Part shown: positions 54,789 through 64,000 of the stretch, piece by piece
Numbering within the stretch: position 1 is the stretch's first letter
Layout: the number at the start of each line of letters is the position of its first letter
Source of the DNA: an uncultured Candidatus Saccharibacteria bacterium
Lineage (GTDB): Bacteria > Patescibacteriota > Minisyncoccia > 2-02-FULL-40-12 > GWA2-44-9
Length of the DNA stretch: 64,000 bases
Reading direction: 5' to 3'
NCBI GenBank assembly: GCA_964513645.1
Contig: CAZENF010000002.1
Location: 142,072 to 206,071, forward strand
The notes under the pieces: generated by a model
What the model was told of the DNA's origin: nothing
What the model saw: only the letters and a program-made list of their open reading frames with translations
The model's database searches: none
Program-made: the position numbers and the translations under genes

Positions 54789-55327
54789 TGGCCCATAAAT
54801 ACTCAATTCCTCAGCGAAAAAACCACCGGGTTGGTGTTTTTGTCGATGTTCAGAATATGTATCATTCGGCAAAAAACCTTTACGGAGCAAGGGTTAATTT
54901 TAATGAACTCCTCAAGATAATAACCGCAGGCAGGGAACTTGTCAGGGCGGTTGCCTATGTCGTTAAGTCTGACACCGAAGAAGAAAAAGCATTTTTTGAA
55001 GCTCTGGAAAAAGCCGGTTTCGAACTTAAAATAAAAGACCTTCAGATATTTCCGGGCGGCATGAAAAAGGGTGACTGGGATGTCGGTTTAGCCATTGACG
55101 CCATTAGTTTATCCAAACAACTTGACGTTGTCGTTGTGGTGTCGGGTGACGGCGACTTTGAGCCTTTGGTAAACTATCTTAAATTTGACGGTCTTATCGT
55201 CGAAGCAGCCGGATTCAAAAGAAGTACCAGTTCTAAGATCGTTGAAGTAGCTAATAATTTCATCGACTTGGAAGAGGTTGCAGATAAAGTTATACTAAGA
55301 AATAGAAAAAATTTAAATAAATATTAA
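54788..55327 (+). CDS. NYN-domain (LabA-like PIN-fold) protein
   Basis: VGVFVDVQNMYH...VVVVVSGDGDF pattern of the NYN/DUF88 family. Inserted between rpsO and pnp. Confidence 0.65.
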   Translation: MAHKYSIPQRKNHRVGVFVDVQNMYHSAKNLYGARVNFNELLKIITAGRELVRAVAYVVKSDTEEEKAFFEALEKAGFELKIKDLQIFPGGMKKGDWDVGLAIDAISLSKQLDVVVVVSGDGDFEPLVNYLKFDGLIVEAAGFKRSTSSKIVEVANNFIDLEEVADKVILRNRKNLNKY

Positions 55328-55441
55328 TAACTAAAACCGACCGAGGAACAGGATGAACGGGGCCTTCCCCTGTGCTCTCCGGAACCGGAGACCATAGGAG
55401 AAAATCTCGTTACTCGTCGGTCAGGTTATTCTTCGGCCTTT

Positions 55442-57538
55442 ATGGCGATAAAAAAATACGAACAGGAATTTGCGGGAAAACCGCTGAAGGTTGAAATTGG
55501 TCGCTTAGCCAACTTAGCTAACGGTTCTGTCTATGTTCAGTATGGTAATACTGCGGTCCTGGTCACAGCAGTTATGTCTCCCTCGGCCAGAGCCGTTGAT
55601 TATATGCCGCTTTCAGTTGATTATGAGGAGCGCTACTATGCGGCAGGTAAAATCAAGGGTTCTAAATGGATAAAGCGCGAAGGCCGTCCGTCGGAAGAAG
55701 CGATTTTATCCGGCCGGCTTATTGACCGTTCTTTAAGACCGAGATTTGATCACCGTATCCGGAATGATATGCAAGTGGTTGCAACGGTCTTATCTTTTGA
55801 CAGCCAGAATGACCCGGATATGCCCGCGCTTTTTGGTGCTTCTTTGGCGCTGATGATCTCGGACATTCCTTTTAACGGCCCTGTTGCGGGTATTCGGGTA
55901 GGAAAAGTTGGCGACAAACTCGTTTTTAATCCTGTTTATTCAGAAAGAAAAGAAAGTAACTTTGATATTGTTGTCGCAGGAACTTCTAACCGGATAAATA
56001 TGATTGAAGCCGGAGCATCTATAATTTCGGAAAAAGAGATAGTCGAAGCTATCGGAGCGGGATTTAAGGAGCTCAAGAAATTGATAGAGTTTCAAAGACA
56101 CATTACCGATGATATCAAGCCTGTTAAAAAGGAACTGGCTTTGGCTGAAATAGACGGGAAACTTACCAAGCTGGTCAAAGATTTTTTGTCACCTAAGCTT
56201 GAGAAATTTATCTATACCAGAGTAAAACAGGAATATGTTGACGGTATGGCAAAGGTCAGAAAAGAAGTCCAGGATCACGTCAAAGAAAGCTATAAGGAAG
56301 ATAAAGATCTTGCCAAAAAACTTCAAGAAACAGAGCATTTGTTTGACGAAGAAATAGGCCAGGTCGTTCACCAAAATATTTTGGACCATGAAAAAAGACC
56401 CGATTCGAGAAAATTAGACGAAATAAGAGAGCTCTCGGTTGATACGGCCGTTCTCCCTTACACCCACGGCTCCGGCTTGTTTCAGAGAGGAACAACTCAA
56501 GTTCTTTCGACCTTAACCCTGGCTTCGCCCGGGATGGAACAGTGGGTTGAAACGATGGAAATAGAACTTACCAAAAAAAGATTTATGCATCACTACGCCT
56601 TTCCCCCTTTCAGCGTCGGGGAAGTCGGACGTATGGGTGGAACAGGGCGCAGGGATATCGGCCACGGTGCTTTGGCAGAAAGAGCTTTGATTCCGGTCAT
56701 CCCTTCAAAAGAAGATTTTCCATATACTATCAGGATGGTTTCCGAAACCTTGGCCTCTAACGGCTCTTCTTCAATGGCCTCTGTTTGCGGTTCTTCACTG
56801 GCTTTGATGGACGGCGGGGTACCAATCTCTTCTTCAGTTGCCGGTATTGCCATGGGTGTTATGTTCGATGAAAAAGGCCAAAATTATAAGGTTATAACTG
56901 ATATTCAAGGACCAGAAGATCATCATGGCGATATGGATTTTAAAGTAGCTGGGACTAAAGAAGGTGTTACGGCGATGCAAATGGATGTTAAGGTTGAGGG
57001 TATTACTGAAGAGGTTCTTGAAAAAGCTCTGGCGCAAGCTAAGAAAGCCCGTCTTGAAATACTTGAAAAAATGAATTCTAAGATAGATAAACCAAGACCG
57101 GAATTATCACCTCTGGCGCCTCGGGTAAAGACCATCAATATCGACCCTGATAAAATCGGTACAGTTATAGGTAAGGGCGGGGAAACGATAAATAAAATAA
57201 TCGAGGAAACCGGTGCTGAAATAGATATTGAAGACGACGGTTCTGTTTTTATAACCTGCTCTTCGGCAGACGGTATGGAGAGAGCGATACAGATAATAAA
57301 AGACCTGACTTATGAACCTAAGCCGGGTGATGCTTTTGAAGGCAGAGTGACACGTCTGTTGGATTTTGGAGCTATGATAGAATATATGCCTGGAAGAGAG
57401 GGATTGGTGCATGTGTCAGAGATATCTAAAGAGAGGATCCGCCGACCGTCTGATGTTTTGAAAGTAGGTGAAAAAGTCCAGGTTAAAGTGAAAAACACCG
57501 ATGAATATGGTAGAATTAATCTGACGATGAAGCAATAA
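55442..57538 (+). CDS. pnp: polynucleotide phosphorylase
   Basis: Two RNase PH-like domains with C-terminal KH (TVIGKGGETINKI) and S1 domains. 698 aa. Confidence 0.9.
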   Translation: MAIKKYEQEFAGKPLKVEIGRLANLANGSVYVQYGNTAVLVTAVMSPSARAVDYMPLSVDYEERYYAAGKIKGSKWIKREGRPSEEAILSGRLIDRSLRPRFDHRIRNDMQVVATVLSFDSQNDPDMPALFGASLALMISDIPFNGPVAGIRVGKVGDKLVFNPVYSERKESNFDIVVAGTSNRINMIEAGASIISEKEIVEAIGAGFKELKKLIEFQRHITDDIKPVKKELALAEIDGKLTKLVKDFLSPKLEKFIYTRVKQEYVDGMAKVRKEVQDHVKESYKEDKDLAKKLQETEHLFDEEIGQVVHQNILDHEKRPDSRKLDEIRELSVDTAVLPYTHGSGLFQRGTTQVLSTLTLASPGMEQWVETMEIELTKKRFMHHYAFPPFSVGEVGRMGGTGRRDIGHGALAERALIPVIPSKEDFPYTIRMVSETLASNGSSSMASVCGSSLALMDGGVPISSSVAGIAMGVMFDEKGQNYKVITDIQGPEDHHGDMDFKVAGTKEGVTAMQMDVKVEGITEEVLEKALAQAKKARLEILEKMNSKIDKPRPELSPLAPRVKTINIDPDKIGTVIGKGGETINKIIEETGAEIDIEDDGSVFITCSSADGMERAIQIIKDLTYEPKPGDAFEGRVTRLLDFGAMIEYMPGREGLVHVSEISKERIRRPSDVLKVGEKVQVKVKNTDEYGRINLTMKQ

Positions 57539-57600
57539 ATCCAATTACCTGGTACAAATTTTTAATCTGTACTTAAGTACCCTGGATTTTCTACCATAGA

Positions 57601-59181
57601 ATGGATGGAGACCAGAAGACACTTACTGTTGGTGATATTCTTGACCAATTAGTCAAATCCCCTGCTGCTCAAGGGCCTGGTCCTCAAGTTCCCCAAACTC
57701 CCAAACCGGCCCCACCACCTACATCTACGCCTCCTGTAAACTTAAGCCAGGAAAGGGGTTTTAGCTTACCTCAACTTGGCAAAAAAGAAGAATCTTCTGA
57801 ACCAAGCGTTCAAACAAAACCTTCTGCATCTTTTCCGGTCTCAAACCAGACTCTAACCCCCAGACTTTATATTAGAACTATGGCTGATGATCTGGTGAGA
57901 TTAAAAAAAGGCCAGACACCGACCGAAGTTCAAATCAAATCAGCTCCGACCGTGTTCAGTGAAGGAAAAAAACTTGAACCACAAATCCAGTCTCCCAAAA
58001 TTCAACAAATTCAACCGACACAGCAAGTTGTTGGGCAGGAAGTCGAATCACAGCCTGAACCAGGTAAGGGCCTGGTATCCGAAGTATCCGATCTGCTAAA
58101 AACTTTGCCTGTGACCGGTCCTTTTGGCGGCTCAACACAATCGAATGCCAAAATCCCGCCAATAAAAATACCGTTTTTTGGTTCAAAACCGTCCTCGGAA
58201 CCCCCTCTTAAAGCTTCAATTTCACTACCTTCAATACCCTCTCCCGGCCAGTCTGTACCTGAACAATCTCAACCTCCTTTTTCTGGGTTACCGCCGCATA
58301 TTCACGAAGAAGTAGAAATATCAGATAAAGACCTCTTGCCCGCTTTTCCGGGAGCCCCTATGCCCAAAAAGATACCTAAAAAACAGGAAGAAAAAGTCGA
58401 ATACAGGGCTATTGCCAGAGTGGTCAGTAGCGGAATGGTAACTGGTATTTTAGGAACGGTAATTCTTGCGGTGGTGGTTTATTTTGCTCTGACCTTTTTT
58501 GTATTCAAGAAAGAACCACTTTCTTTAAATTCAACCACTCCTACCCCGGTCGACCAAACATCGGGTAGCGACGATAAGGGGTTAGAAACAATATTCAAAT
58601 CAACCCCGCTAATTAATTTTAACGTTCCCACCGACAATAAAACCACAGCCAGAGAATTGCAGTCTTTTATGGACGGGCAAAATATTGATAAAAAAGAGTT
58701 CAAAAGGATTAACTTCCAAATTCCAGGGCTTGCACCGGATCAGAACCCTTCTTTTGTGGATATAATGAAAAGCTTGGCTATAACTCCTCCGCCCGAACTA
58801 AAAGATATAATCAGCAAGGATAATATGGTTTTCTTGTATGGTCAGGAAGAGGTTTTTGGTAATGAAGCCAATTTAAAAAGACTGGTATTTATAGTTGAAA
58901 TAAAAGATTCTGATAAGGTTCAGGAAGTAATGAATAAATGGGAGGCAACTTTAGCCGACGATTTTAATGAGGTTTTCAATATCGACCCTTCAAAACAGGC
59001 AAGCTATACATTTTTAACCAACGACCACAGAGGAGTTACAATAAAGTACAAAAACTTTCCCTTGCCTGACAAGAGTATCGACTACACGATCATAACCTCG
59101 TTAACCGGCCGGCATTATCTGATGATTACAAATTCGAGGGAATCGATGTTTTCTCCTGCCGACAAGATTAAAGGTCTTTAG
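57601..59181 (+). CDS. hypothetical membrane protein (Pro-rich N-terminal region, one TM, C-terminal globular domain)
   Basis: 526-aa ORF. TM segment VTGILGTVILAVVVYFALTFFVF. No domain recognised. Confidence 0.45.
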   Translation: MDGDQKTLTVGDILDQLVKSPAAQGPGPQVPQTPKPAPPPTSTPPVNLSQERGFSLPQLGKKEESSEPSVQTKPSASFPVSNQTLTPRLYIRTMADDLVRLKKGQTPTEVQIKSAPTVFSEGKKLEPQIQSPKIQQIQPTQQVVGQEVESQPEPGKGLVSEVSDLLKTLPVTGPFGGSTQSNAKIPPIKIPFFGSKPSSEPPLKASISLPSIPSPGQSVPEQSQPPFSGLPPHIHEEVEISDKDLLPAFPGAPMPKKIPKKQEEKVEYRAIARVVSSGMVTGILGTVILAVVVYFALTFFVFKKEPLSLNSTTPTPVDQTSGSDDKGLETIFKSTPLINFNVPTDNKTTARELQSFMDGQNIDKKEFKRINFQIPGLAPDQNPSFVDIMKSLAITPPPELKDIISKDNMVFLYGQEEVFGNEANLKRLVFIVEIKDSDKVQEVMNKWEATLADDFNEVFNIDPSKQASYTFLTNDHRGVTIKYKNFPLPDKSIDYTIITSLTGRHYLMITNSRESMFSPADKIKGL

Positions 59182-59316
59182 AAACCCTAACTTTGTTGGT
59201 ATCTTGTTAATAAGTCATTTTTTAACTCGGAATTTAAAAGCAGATTGTCACCAAAAAGTGCAGAGTTTAAGAGGATTTCTTTTAAATTTGTGTCACCAAT
59301 AACAATAGGTGACAAA

Positions 59317-59325
59317 TTATCCACA
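59317..59325 (+). promoter_or_regulatory. perfect DnaA-box 9-mer TTATCCACA within repeated tgtcaccaat / ggtgaca motifs
   Basis: Palindrome tgtcacc-N10-ggtgaca (59291-59314), a second tgtcaccaat at 59341, and an exact TTATCCACA between them. About 200 nt upstream of the DksA/TraR-like gene. Confidence 0.35.
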
Positions 59326-59527
59326 GTTTCGATTGACCGGTGTCACCAATCTTAGTATACTCTAAGTAGTTCATTTGGCTGGTTATTATTAAGATTTTAA
59401 TAATAGTTGGCTTTTGTTCATGTTTTAAAGGCTTGGGCTCAGGCTTACCCACTTCGGGTTTTTGTACGGGCTACCAAGCCTTTTTTGTTTGCTTTTTTAT
59501 TTTTGCATGATATGCTAACTTCGAATT

Positions 59528-59893
59528 ATGGATAATGATCAATTAAAAAAATTAAGAGAAAATCTGAACAAAAGGTTAAAAGAGATAGATTTGGAATTAT
59601 TAAAAATTGCCTCAGAAAACCCGTTAGTTAAAGGCGATTTTGAGGTGAAGGTTGAAGATCTTGGCAAATCATTGGAGGATACGGAACAAGAAGCCGGAGA
59701 ATTAGACAGGAATCAGGCTTTAGTTAATGCCCTTGAAAAAGAAGGTAAAGATATCAGAAATACTCTTAACAAGATAAATTCAGGCCTATACGGTAAATGT
59801 GAGAATTGTTCTTCCGAAATAGCTCAGGCAAGACTGAAGGCGGTTCCTGTGGCTAAACTTTGTATCAATTGCGCTAAGAAAAACCCTTTTTAA
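59528..59893 (+). CDS. DksA/TraR-family C4 zinc-finger protein
   Basis: N-terminal coiled coil and C-terminal CxxC-17-CxxC (CENCSSEI...CINCAKK). Confidence 0.7.
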   Translation: MDNDQLKKLRENLNKRLKEIDLELLKIASENPLVKGDFEVKVEDLGKSLEDTEQEAGELDRNQALVNALEKEGKDIRNTLNKINSGLYGKCENCSSEIAQARLKAVPVAKLCINCAKKNPF

Positions 59894-59922
59894 ATAATTT
59901 TCCTGGAGGGGAAAATATAAGA

Positions 59923-61464
59923 TTGTCAGTAACTATTTTTTCCGCTGCTCTATATGGTATAGATGCCAAGTTAATAGAAGTAGAGGTGGATTCATCGAGA
60001 GGCATCCATTCTTTTAACATAGTTGGTTTAGCGGATAAAGCTGTTCAAGAATCTAAGGAAAGAATAAGTTCCGCTATGAAAAATAGCGGATTTTTGCCTC
60101 CAAAATCAAAAACCGGCAAAGTTATAGTTAACCTTGCCCCAGCCGATATTAAAAAAGAAGGTCCGGCATACGACTTACCCATTGCCCTTGGCTATCTTTT
60201 TGAGACCAAACAAATAAAATTTGACCCCAATAAACGGATTTTTGCCGGAGAGTTGTCTTTGGACGGACGTTTAAAAAATACAGCCGGAATATTGGCAATG
60301 TCTATTTTGGCTCAAAAATTGGGTTTTAAGGAAATCATTGTTCCCAAAATTAATTCCAGTGAAGCTTCTATTGTCAGGGGTATAGATGTTGTTGGAGCCG
60401 AGAACTTGGCTCAGGTTATTTCACATCTGGACAGAACCAATATCCTGGATCCGGTTAAAGAAAACCAATCTCAAAACAAAGAATATTACCCCGAATCATT
60501 TACATCCATTAAAGGCCAGGAATATGCCAAAAGAGCACTTACTATTGCTGCTGCCGGAGGGCATAATCTGTTTATGTCTGGTCCGCCTGGGGCGGGCAAA
60601 ACCTTATTAGCCAGGTCCTTAACTGATATTTTACCGCCTTTGTCATTTGTTGAGGCAATAGAGGTTGCCAAGATATATAGTTCCTTGGGTTTAATGGACA
60701 GTAACTCCCCTCTTTCTTTAGGCAGGCCATTTCGAAGTCCTCATCATACAACCTCAGCCGTCGCAGTTATCGGCGGCGGAACCTTACCCAAACCAGGAGA
60801 AATAAGCTTAGCCCATAGAGGTGTTCTTTTTCTCGATGAATTACCAGAATTTCCAAGGAATGTTATAGAGGCACTCAGACAACCTCTTGAAGATGGTACG
60901 GTGACTGTTTCACGGGTTTCCGGCTCGGTTAAACTGCCGGCAAAGTTTATGCTTATCGGGGCAATGAATCCCTGCCCGTGTGGCAATTATGGTAATCCAC
61001 ACGGCGAATGCATTTGCAGCCCTTTTAGTGTTCTCAAGTACCGTAAAAAAATATCAGGACCATTATTAGACAGAATAGACATACATATAAATGTTCCGCG
61101 CGAAACATTGGGGGAAAATGACGATAAATACGAAGAAAAACTTGCTGATTTTGCGAAGATTAAGGAAGGTATAGGGAAAGCACGAACCATCCAGCTGGAT
61201 AGGTTCGCCAACTTAAATGTTTTCAGTAACTCAGAAATGAACTACAAAAATGTTGAAAAATTAAGCAATATTGATACAACAGCCAAGCTTGTTCTCAAAA
61301 AAATAATAAACCAAAAAGGCCTATCCTTAAGAACTTTTCACAAGACTTTAAAGGTGGCCAGAACAATCGCAGATCTCGAAAATTCCGAATCTGTCAAAGA
61401 GGCTCATATTTCGGAAGCCCTTGCTTTCAGAATGAATGAGAAGATTCTGACGGAACTTGGCTGA
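59923..61464 (+). CDS. comM: YifB/ComM-family Mg-chelatase-like AAA+ protein
   Basis: Lon-like N-terminal domain, Walker A FMSGPPGAGKTLLA, Mg-chelatase ChlI-type motifs, and a CxxC...C cluster. Confidence 0.85.
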   Translation: MSVTIFSAALYGIDAKLIEVEVDSSRGIHSFNIVGLADKAVQESKERISSAMKNSGFLPPKSKTGKVIVNLAPADIKKEGPAYDLPIALGYLFETKQIKFDPNKRIFAGELSLDGRLKNTAGILAMSILAQKLGFKEIIVPKINSSEASIVRGIDVVGAENLAQVISHLDRTNILDPVKENQSQNKEYYPESFTSIKGQEYAKRALTIAAAGGHNLFMSGPPGAGKTLLARSLTDILPPLSFVEAIEVAKIYSSLGLMDSNSPLSLGRPFRSPHHTTSAVAVIGGGTLPKPGEISLAHRGVLFLDELPEFPRNVIEALRQPLEDGTVTVSRVSGSVKLPAKFMLIGAMNPCPCGNYGNPHGECICSPFSVLKYRKKISGPLLDRIDIHINVPRETLGENDDKYEEKLADFAKIKEGIGKARTIQLDRFANLNVFSNSEMNYKNVEKLSNIDTTAKLVLKKIINQKGLSLRTFHKTLKVARTIADLENSESVKEAHISEALAFRMNEKILTELG

Positions 61465-61489
61465 TGTTCCGCGCGGAACATCTAACGCA

Positions 61490-62449
61490 CTATCGTATAA
61501 ACCCTGCAATAGTTGAGTTATTAATGGGAACCTCACGGTGATCTACTACTCGCAGTCCATAGAAGTTTTGTTCTACAACCTGGATGCTATCTTCCTTAAC
61601 TGAGGTTATCAGGGCTATGTGGCCGTACCGGCCGTAACTTTTACCTACAAACACCACTACTCCTCCGGCTTGAGGATAAGACGTATTTATGTATTTTCTC
61701 CAATCCTTTGCGTTACCTCTTAGGCCCGAGTATCCATGAGCCTGAACAAACGAAACACATTGGCCATCCCTTGTCGGAAGGTAAACTTGAGAACCGACGG
61801 TGACCGACTTAGCAATATAAATTGGATTAGGTCCCGGCATTTCACCGTCCGGGACGATTATTTCAATGCCTGATTCAAGCTGACTTTCAGTTTCAATCTT
61901 GTTGAAGGATAATATTTTTTGAGAGTCAGCTTTATACTCCTTAGCAATTGACGCGACCGTATCCCCATTTTTTACCGTATGAATAACACCACTAACTGGA
62001 AGAATCTTCAAAACCTGGCCTAAACTCAGCTGATTCGGATTTCTTATGTTATTGGCCCAAATAATAGTGTTGGTGCTAACACCGTAATCAGAAGCAATAG
62101 AAGCGATCGAGTCTCCCTGTTCCACAGTATACTTAATTACCTGGTCAGGTTTGAAACCGTCTAAGTAATCAGTAGATGCCGGATTTATAGCTTGGATTGA
62201 GTTATCATTCATGCCGGAAGTGCTTACAAACGATTCAACGGTTGTTTTTCCTGGGTCATCAGGGCTTAAAGCCGAGAGGGTACTTATGTCAGCGAGCTGA
62301 CTTGGTGATTCTTTGTAATCCAACATTGAGGCCGAGGTTTCCTCAATAGAATCTTTAAGTAAATTACTGAATACTGTCGGTTGGCCTTGTTCGGAGGCTT
62401 TAAAACTTAGAACCGTAAAAACAGCCCCAATAATTAGGAAGCAATACAA
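61490..62449 (-). CDS. peptidoglycan hydrolase with two LysM domains and C-terminal CHAP domain
   Basis: LysM repeats (GDSIASIASDYGVSTNTIIWANNI, GDTVASIAKEYKADSQKIL). C-terminal Cys...His CHAP pattern (CVSFVQ...GHIALI). Confidence 0.7.
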   Translation of the reverse strand: MYCFLIIGAVFTVLSFKASEQGQPTVFSNLLKDSIEETSASMLDYKESPSQLADISTLSALSPDDPGKTTVESFVSTSGMNDNSIQAINPASTDYLDGFKPDQVIKYTVEQGDSIASIASDYGVSTNTIIWANNIRNPNQLSLGQVLKILPVSGVIHTVKNGDTVASIAKEYKADSQKILSFNKIETESQLESGIEIIVPDGEMPGPNPIYIAKSVTVGSQVYLPTRDGQCVSFVQAHGYSGLRGNAKDWRKYINTSYPQAGGVVVFVGKSYGRYGHIALITSVKEDSIQVVEQNFYGLRVVDHREVPINNSTIAGFIR

Positions 62450-62645
62450 AACGTCACTTTTAAGAAATGACAGGGTTTTCTTTACCCAGTATCGTTTAAG
62501 GAAAGAAGAACGATATTTGTCGGAGAAGATACTAATGGTTTAGCTCTTATTTAGTACGGACAGTGTTATAAACGCAAAAATTCTCGCAATGAGAATTACA
62601 GTATCTAAATTAGCATTTTTAGTTCAGGGCGTCAATCAGAGGCTG

Positions 62646-62674
62646 TTGACATAAACAACCTGTTGGATATAAAT
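62646..62674 (+). promoter_or_regulatory. sigma70-like promoter (TTGACA-16/17-TATAAA) upstream of yraN
   Basis: Consensus -35 ttgaca and AT-rich -10 about 8 nt before ATG 62682. Confidence 0.45.
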
Positions 62675-62681
62675 TTCGATA

Positions 62682-63050
62682 ATGACAACCACTAGTGAGT
62701 TCGGCAATTGGGCTGAATATTACGTCGCACAATATCTTAAATCCAAAGGGTATGTAATTTTGGATAAAAATTACCGCAAAAAATGGGGAGAAATAGATAT
62801 AGTTGCAGAAAAAAAAGGAATACTTATTTTTGTTGAAGTAAAAGCCAATAAGAATAATATTCCTGGATTTGAGGCCGAAAACAGGGTAAGCCGTGAAAAG
62901 TTAAGAAGGATGAACAGGGCTATCCAGAGTTACCTCTTTAATAAAAAATTAAGGTCAGACCAGGACTGGCAGATCGATGTAATTTCACTAAACTTAGAGC
63001 GGGACAGGGGATTGGCCAGAATCCGCCATTTTAAAAACATCGAAATGTAG
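62682..63050 (+). CDS. yraN: YraN-family (UPF0102) endonuclease-like protein
   Basis: EIDIVAEKKGILIFVEVKA core motif of YraN. 122 aa. Confidence 0.75.
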   Translation: MTTTSEFGNWAEYYVAQYLKSKGYVILDKNYRKKWGEIDIVAEKKGILIFVEVKANKNNIPGFEAENRVSREKLRRMNRAIQSYLFNKKLRSDQDWQIDVISLNLERDRGLARIRHFKNIEM

Positions 63051-63169
63051 GCCAAGTTTTAAGAGGGCTATTTCGCTTTACAAATTGATTATAATCTGGT
63101 ATAATATGAGTATAAGGATTTGTCCTTTGAAAACTCGGTTTTGCCCTAATTTGGGCAGGGAGAGAGAAA

Positions 63170-63997
63170 ATGAAACGGTTTTTCCTGATGTTGATTGCTT
63201 TGTTTTTCTTGTCGCTGCCGTCAAAGGCGTCGGCCCAGCAATTGTGGGTGTACGATTCGCGGGCGGGAGTGATCCCGGTCAGCGGATACGGGTATGACCC
63301 GTATTATCGACAGCCGTACGGCGGTTACTATGATCCCAAGATGATCGATCCGTGCTACGGTTCGGACCAGTTCTATCAGGGGATGCGTGGCAGCATGCAT
63401 GTCCACAAAGGTGAGGTCCATTTCCGTCCCTGCGATCCGACCGACAGCCGTATCAATACAGCCGTCGGAGGAGCGCTTGGTGCGGGTGGCGGAGCTCTTG
63501 TCGGAGCTTCGGTTGCTGGTCAAAGAGGCGCTGCTATCGGCGCCACGGCCGGGGCTATCGTGGGAGGCGTTCTTGCTTCTCGTCGTTCTCATGACAATTG
63601 TCTTGTTGTGAGGTCGGCAACGGCAGTCGAGACGCGGTCGGGACATGTCACGACCGAGGCGGTATCCGCAACGGCTCCAGTAAACGTTCCTGAACTGCAA
63701 ACAATTCCGGAAGTTACTTCACAGAGACCGATTGCCGGTCCGGCCGTTTCTGGTTCGGCCGAGGAACTGGAGATTTGCAATCAGACTCGGGTTTACGTCG
63801 AGCTTTACGACGGCGACACCTATCTCGGGCGCATGAGCCCGGGATCTGTACTGCGGGTCGGTTTTCCCAAGAACAGGTATCGGGGTTTTGCCCTGGTGCC
63901 CAATCCTGACGGCGGTTTCCGGAAAGACGAACTTGACCGCGAGGTTAGTCCGACAAGTTGGATTTTCGTCGAGCCCGATGTGGCTCGAGGGAGGTAG
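63170..63997 (+). CDS. secreted glycine-zipper protein in GC-rich segment
   Basis: Signal peptide MKRFFLMLIALFFLSLPSKASA. GGALGAGGGALVGASVAGQRGAAIGATAGAIVGGVLAS glycine-zipper tract. Local GC is far above the window average. Confidence 0.45.
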   Translation: MKRFFLMLIALFFLSLPSKASAQQLWVYDSRAGVIPVSGYGYDPYYRQPYGGYYDPKMIDPCYGSDQFYQGMRGSMHVHKGEVHFRPCDPTDSRINTAVGGALGAGGGALVGASVAGQRGAAIGATAGAIVGGVLASRRSHDNCLVVRSATAVETRSGHVTTEAVSATAPVNVPELQTIPEVTSQRPIAGPAVSGSAEELEICNQTRVYVELYDGDTYLGRMSPGSVLRVGFPKNRYRGFALVPNPDGGFRKDELDREVSPTSWIFVEPDVARGR

Positions 63998-64000
63998 TGA

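Noticed and set aside
63221-63700. 159-aa minus-strand ORF in the GC-rich terminal segment
   Set aside because: Antisense to the signal-peptide-bearing + ORF. High GC inflates ORF length. The + strand was chosen.
1-64000. CRISPR arrays, rRNA genes, transposases/IS elements
   Set aside because: No regularly spaced direct repeats, no rRNA-like conserved segments, and no transposase or integrase other than XerC/D were seen.

Overview
This 64-kb window appears to be chromosomal DNA of a small-genome, AT-rich bacterium. The tRNA-dense islands, short YidC, short IF-2, standalone CCA enzyme, PilB and a T4SS-like operon are consistent with a Patescibacteria/CPR-like genome. Standard genetic code is assumed: a TGA=Gly recoding was considered and would not rescue the rpmH start (see finding 9). 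The window spans the replication-origin neighbourhood: dnaA and dnaN on the minus strand, and divergent rpmH-rnpA-yidD-yidC-jag. It also carries many housekeeping genes: rplS, tig, nusA, ruvB, ruvC, yebC-like, tyrS, PBP1A, iscS-like, ksgA, pcrA/uvrD, dut, cca, infB, rpsO, pnp, xerC/D, comM and yraN. I identify about 20 tRNA genes in five islands. Several of these have nearby copies of their own ends or sit among tRNA halves, and there are three tRNA-sized or rod-shaped candidate structured RNAs. The most notable accessory content is a tightly packed ~13-kb minus-strand operon (22017-34984). It encodes a VirB4-like ATPase (apparently split into two ORFs), a VirB3-like small membrane protein, an 826-aa VirB6/TrbL-like polytopic protein with a long coiled-coil tail, a proline-rich 417-aa protein and several secreted or cysteine-rich proteins. 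No relaxase, VirD4 or VirB11 lies in the window, so this looks like a T4SS-like apparatus not obviously dedicated to conjugation. A second notable pair is two ClpA/B-type AAA+ proteins, one membrane-anchored with a degenerate first ATPase domain. The last ~900 bp are conspicuously GC-rich relative to the rest. No CRISPR array, rRNA or obvious transposase was seen.
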